Below, one piece after another: positions 60,910 through 64,000 of a DNA stretch of 64,000 nt (position 1 is the first letter of the stretch; every line of letters starts with the position of its first letter). The notes under the pieces were generated by a model. The model did not search any database and had not been told where the DNA came from. It was given only the letters and a program-made list of their open reading frames with translations. A program made the translations under genes and the position numbers. This stretch comes from Clostridia bacterium (GTDB lineage Bacteria > Bacillota > Clostridia > Christensenellales > CAG-138): the NCBI GenBank assembly GCA_017619735.1, contig JAFZRT010000007.1, forward strand, positions 14,703 through 78,702, given 5' to 3'.

Positions 60910-63123
60910 ATGAAAAGATCAAGGCTCATCTGCGCGCTGACCGCGCTCGTAATGACGATGGCTCTGCTCCTGCCCGCGGCGGCTTCCGCCGTTTCCGGCA
61001 CGGAGACGGAGACATTCGCGATCACTCCGGTCGCGTCCGACGGCGTCACCCTCACGTACGACGAGGCGGACTTCACTCTGCTCTGCAGCAGGATGTTCGG
61101 CCTTCTTAAGGCGGAGGAGGAGAAGACGCTCACCCTCACCGCCGAGTTCGGCGAGGGCTGGACCTACAACGCCGACTATACCAACTTCTTCCGCGGGCGC
61201 GACGGAGTCTCCGTGACCACCGGCTCCGGCGGATCGAAGATATTCTCCTACACCGTGCGCAGGGGCGACCTCTTCACCGAGGACGAGCTCATGACGATCG
61301 GCGTGTACGCCTCCGCGGCTGAGCTGCCGAAGTTCTACATCACGACGCAGATCCCCTTCTCCCAGATAGGCAAGACGGAATACGTCGACGCGAGCTTCAC
61401 GCTGACGCTCGGCACGAAGCAGTTCTCGGGCGGCGATTACGAGGGCACTGGTTACATCAAGGGCCGCGGGAACACCTCATGGTCGCAGCCCAAAAAGCCC
61501 TATTCCATAAAGCTTTCCTCCAAGGCGTCGCTGCTCGGCATCCCCAAGACGAAGAAGTACGCGATAGTCCCCAGCTATTCGGACGACTCCATGATAAGGA
61601 ACCTCATGACCTACAAGGCGTGCGCCATGCTCACCGGCATCGACTACTGCCCCAGGTGCGAGTTCGTGGAGGTGTACCTCAACGGCGTGTACAACGGCAT
61701 CTACATACTGGTAGAGCGCGTATCCATCGAGTCCAACAAGATCGACATCGATGAGGCGTCCGCCGACGATCTCACGGGCGGCTATCTCATCGAGAAGGAC
61801 ATCGACGGCAAGATCGACTACTCCGCCGATCAGTGGTTCAACTGCCCCTACTGGGCGAATCAGAGCAAGGACTACTTCGTGCTGAAGGAGCCGGAGCCCG
61901 ACGACAGCGAGCTCAGGAGCCAGATGCTCTCCTATCTCGAAAACTACATGCAGGATCTGCACGACGCCGTAATGGGCACGAGCGGCGAACCCTATACGAG
62001 ATACGTCGACGTCGATTCGTGGATCGATTTCATTATAGTCCAGGAGCTGTCGAAGAACATCGACGGCAACCTCAAGACGAGCTGCTACATGGTCAAAAAG
62101 TCCCAGGACGACAAGCTTTATCTGACAGCCCCGTGGGATTTCGACCTTGCCTACGGCAACCCGGCGACCACGTGGAACAACGCCGACCATACGCACAACG
62201 ACTATTACGACTGCCCCAACGCCACGAGCCCGCAGGACTTCATGGCGATCAACAGCTCCTGCCCGTGGTTCGACACCCTCTATGACGATCACGGGGAGTT
62301 CCGCACCGCGCTGATGGAGAAATACGCCGAATACAGGCGCAGCATGATCCCCGCGATGCTCGCCATGATCGACAGCCAGGCCGCATACCTCTCCGCCGCC
62401 GTCCCCCGCGACGAGGCGAAATGGGGCGTGCGCTTTGTAAACGGCGTGACCCAGCTCAAGAGCTGGTTCGCCTCCCGCATAGAATGGCTCGACGGCCAGT
62501 GGCTCGGCGAGAGCGAGACCATCGATCTCGACTACGCCCTCAACGTCGAAAACGGCACTCTGCACTTCACGCCCTCCGCGCAGTATCCCTTTGCCGGCAC
62601 GGTCAAGGACGGCAGGATAGCGGGAATGAGCGGCAACTCCGGCGCAGACAGCTCCGAGAGCAGCTTCACCGTCACGATAGACATGCAGGCGGGCGAGACC
62701 GTCTCGTTCGACTACAAGGTCAGCTCGGAGGAGAATTACGACAAGTTTCTCTTCATCGTCAACGGCGCGACGCGGCTCACCGTCTCCGGCGAGCACGATT
62801 GGCAGAGCGAGACCTTCACCGCGCAGTCCGACGGCAGCTACACTTTCAAATGGAGCTTCACGAAGGACTATTCCGTCAGCGGCGGCAGCGACTGCGTCTG
62901 GGTGGATAACGTGTTCTACTCGGGCGATCAGCTCGCGGGCCTGCTCGGCGACGTGGACGGCAACGGCGTCGTCAACACCGCCGACGCGCTGCTCATACTG
63001 CGCTACGCCATGGGGCTTCTGGATACGCTCCCGCATATCGAGAACGCGGACTATGACGGCAGCGGTACTATCGATACCGCAGACGCGCTGCTGGTTTTGC
63101 GCTATGTGACCGTTCCCCGCTGA
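60910..63123 (+). CDS. Secreted CotH-family kinase-like protein with one ~130-aa module and a C-terminal dockerin
   Basis: Signal peptide. CotH motifs IKGRGNTSW, KKPYSIKL, VEVYLNGVYNGIYILVERV and WDFDLAYGN. The module carries SFDYKVSSEENYDKFLFIVNG...FKWSFTKDYSVSGGSDCVWVDNV. Dockerin loops DVDGNGVVNTADALLILRY and DYDGSGTIDTADALLVLRY. Confidence 0.88.
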   Translation: MKRSRLICALTALVMTMALLLPAAASAVSGTETETFAITPVASDGVTLTYDEADFTLLCSRMFGLLKAEEEKTLTLTAEFGEGWTYNADYTNFFRGRDGVSVTTGSGGSKIFSYTVRRGDLFTEDELMTIGVYASAAELPKFYITTQIPFSQIGKTEYVDASFTLTLGTKQFSGGDYEGTGYIKGRGNTSWSQPKKPYSIKLSSKASLLGIPKTKKYAIVPSYSDDSMIRNLMTYKACAMLTGIDYCPRCEFVEVYLNGVYNGIYILVERVSIESNKIDIDEASADDLTGGYLIEKDIDGKIDYSADQWFNCPYWANQSKDYFVLKEPEPDDSELRSQMLSYLENYMQDLHDAVMGTSGEPYTRYVDVDSWIDFIIVQELSKNIDGNLKTSCYMVKKSQDDKLYLTAPWDFDLAYGNPATTWNNADHTHNDYYDCPNATSPQDFMAINSSCPWFDTLYDDHGEFRTALMEKYAEYRRSMIPAMLAMIDSQAAYLSAAVPRDEAKWGVRFVNGVTQLKSWFASRIEWLDGQWLGESETIDLDYALNVENGTLHFTPSAQYPFAGTVKDGRIAGMSGNSGADSSESSFTVTIDMQAGETVSFDYKVSSEENYDKFLFIVNGATRLTVSGEHDWQSETFTAQSDGSYTFKWSFTKDYSVSGGSDCVWVDNVFYSGDQLAGLLGDVDGNGVVNTADALLILRYAMGLLDTLPHIENADYDGSGTIDTADALLVLRYVTVPR

Positions 63124-63136
63124 CGACCCGAACCAT

Positions 63137-63163
63137 AAGGCGGCTCATGCCGCCTTTTTTATT
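63137..63163 (+). terminator. Intrinsic terminator after the cotH-like gene
   Basis: Stem AAGGCGGC / GCCGCCTT with loop TCAT, followed by TTTTATT. Confidence 0.8.
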
Positions 63164-63245
63164 GCCCGATTTTATCGAAAAAAGCCGAATACCGCCGGAT
63201 TGCGAGCATAGGATCGATATCAGATGAATGAGAGGAGCAGGCGGA

Positions 63246-63950
63246 ATGCTCACTGCGCTTATAGAGTTTTTCAAGCGGCTGTTCGTTTTCACGGGATACG
63301 TGGACGGCAGGAACGGCTTCCCCGAGAAGCTGACGGAGAAGGAGGAGGCGGCGCTCCTTGCAAGGCTCGCCGAAGGCGACGAGGACGCCCGCAGCGAGCT
63401 CATAGAGCGCAATCTGCGCCTCGTCGCGCATATCGCGGGCAAGTACCGCGGCCGGGGGCGGGATACCGACGACCTCATATCGATCGGCTCGATAGGCCTC
63501 ATAAAGGCCGTGTCGACCTACAGCCCTTCCCGCGGGAGATCGCTCGCCGCCTACGCGGGCAGATGCATCGAGAACGAGATACTGATGTCGATAAGGAGCG
63601 AGCGCAGACGCCGCGGCGACGTGAGTCTGGAGGAGCCGATAGGCGTCGACCGCGACGGGAACGAGATCACCGTCGGCGACATTATAGGCACGGACGAGGA
63701 CGCGGTTTTCGGAAGCGCGATGGACTCCGTCTCGGCGGAAAGGATACGCTCCGCCGTCGAAAAGGCGCTGCCGGAGAGGGAGCGCCGCATAGTCATACTG
63801 CGGTTCGGGCTCGACGGGGGAGAGCCCAGACCGCAGAGGGAGGTCGGGAAAATGCTCGGCATTTCAAGATCGTACGTATCGCGCATAGAAAAGCAGGCGC
63901 TCAAGGCCCTGAGGGAGGAGCTGGGCGAGGCGGGGAAGGAGCTTATCTGA
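63246..63950 (+). CDS. sigK: Sporulation sigma factor SigK (pro-sigma-K), uninterrupted
   Basis: Start set at MLTALIEFF. The pro-sequence and GYVDGRNGFPEKLTEKEE parallel B. subtilis SYVKNNAFPQPLSSSEE. Also LIERNLRLVAHI, DLISIGSIGLIKAV, YAGRCIENEILMSIR and the region 4 HTH GISRSYVSRIEKQAL. Confidence 0.85.
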   Translation: MLTALIEFFKRLFVFTGYVDGRNGFPEKLTEKEEAALLARLAEGDEDARSELIERNLRLVAHIAGKYRGRGRDTDDLISIGSIGLIKAVSTYSPSRGRSLAAYAGRCIENEILMSIRSERRRRGDVSLEEPIGVDRDGNEITVGDIIGTDEDAVFGSAMDSVSAERIRSAVEKALPERERRIVILRFGLDGGEPRPQREVGKMLGISRSYVSRIEKQALKALREELGEAGKELI

Positions 63951-64000
63951 TCGATTTTCGGGAGGACGGGGCAGTTTGACCCGCCTTCTTTTTTATTCGG

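Noticed and set aside
63165-63245. A possible SigE-type promoter (GAATA ... CATAGGAT) upstream of sigK.
   Set aside because: It matches the -35/-10 consensus only loosely, and the spacing is uncertain. The evidence is too weak to annotate.
1-64000. A search for tRNA, rRNA, CRISPR repeats, large tandem repeats, IS elements with inverted repeats, and classic defence-system genes (restriction-modification, CBASS, retron, Cas).
   Set aside because: I recognised none by eye in either strand. The only mobile-element signature is the small island at 30944-32309. A tRNAscan, Infernal, CRISPR-finder or DefenseFinder run would be needed to confirm the negative result.

Overview
This 64-kb window looks like a chromosomal segment of a high-GC, spore-forming Clostridia-type Firmicute. 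The taxonomic call is an inference from gene content: sigK, bofA, yaaL-like, the ireB-ruvX-DUF1292 triad and dockerin-bearing proteins. I call about 60 protein genes. Most are housekeeping: pgi, glmS, serC/serA, rodA, tadA, rmuC, ahcY/mtnA/punA/mtaD, a pullulanase, ABC and ECF transporters, and trx/rubrerythrin/rubredoxin. I found no rRNA, tRNA or CRISPR array by eye. Most long ORFs antisense to recognisable genes are GC-driven artefacts. Seven items deserve a second look. (1) A two-gene operon at 37622-40920 encodes a TetM/EF-G-like translational GTPase fused in frame to a Rae1/YacP-type NYN RNase domain, with its stop overlapping the start of ylmH. I propose it as a ribosome-surveillance module. 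(2) A 1.37-kb AT-rich island at 30944-32309 sits inside what was a bidirectional terminator and is flanked by a 12-bp direct repeat. It carries an orphan Ntox44-like toxin domain, a lipoprotein that may be its immunity partner, and a serine-recombinase remnant. (3) A THF-I riboswitch with an SD-sequestering hairpin controls a FolT-FolC fusion gene. (4) A subtilisin-like protease and a CotH kinase both carry dockerins and share an unassigned ~130-aa module. (5) A DarA/PII-like small protein lies directly upstream of an RCK-less cation:proton antiporter. (6) A Crp/Fnr gene lies next to a perfect palindrome centred near -41 of a trxA-rbr-rub operon. (7) glmS has a consensus promoter and a leader too short to hold a glmS ribozyme. 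All homology calls come from motif recognition by eye and need HMM or BLAST confirmation.
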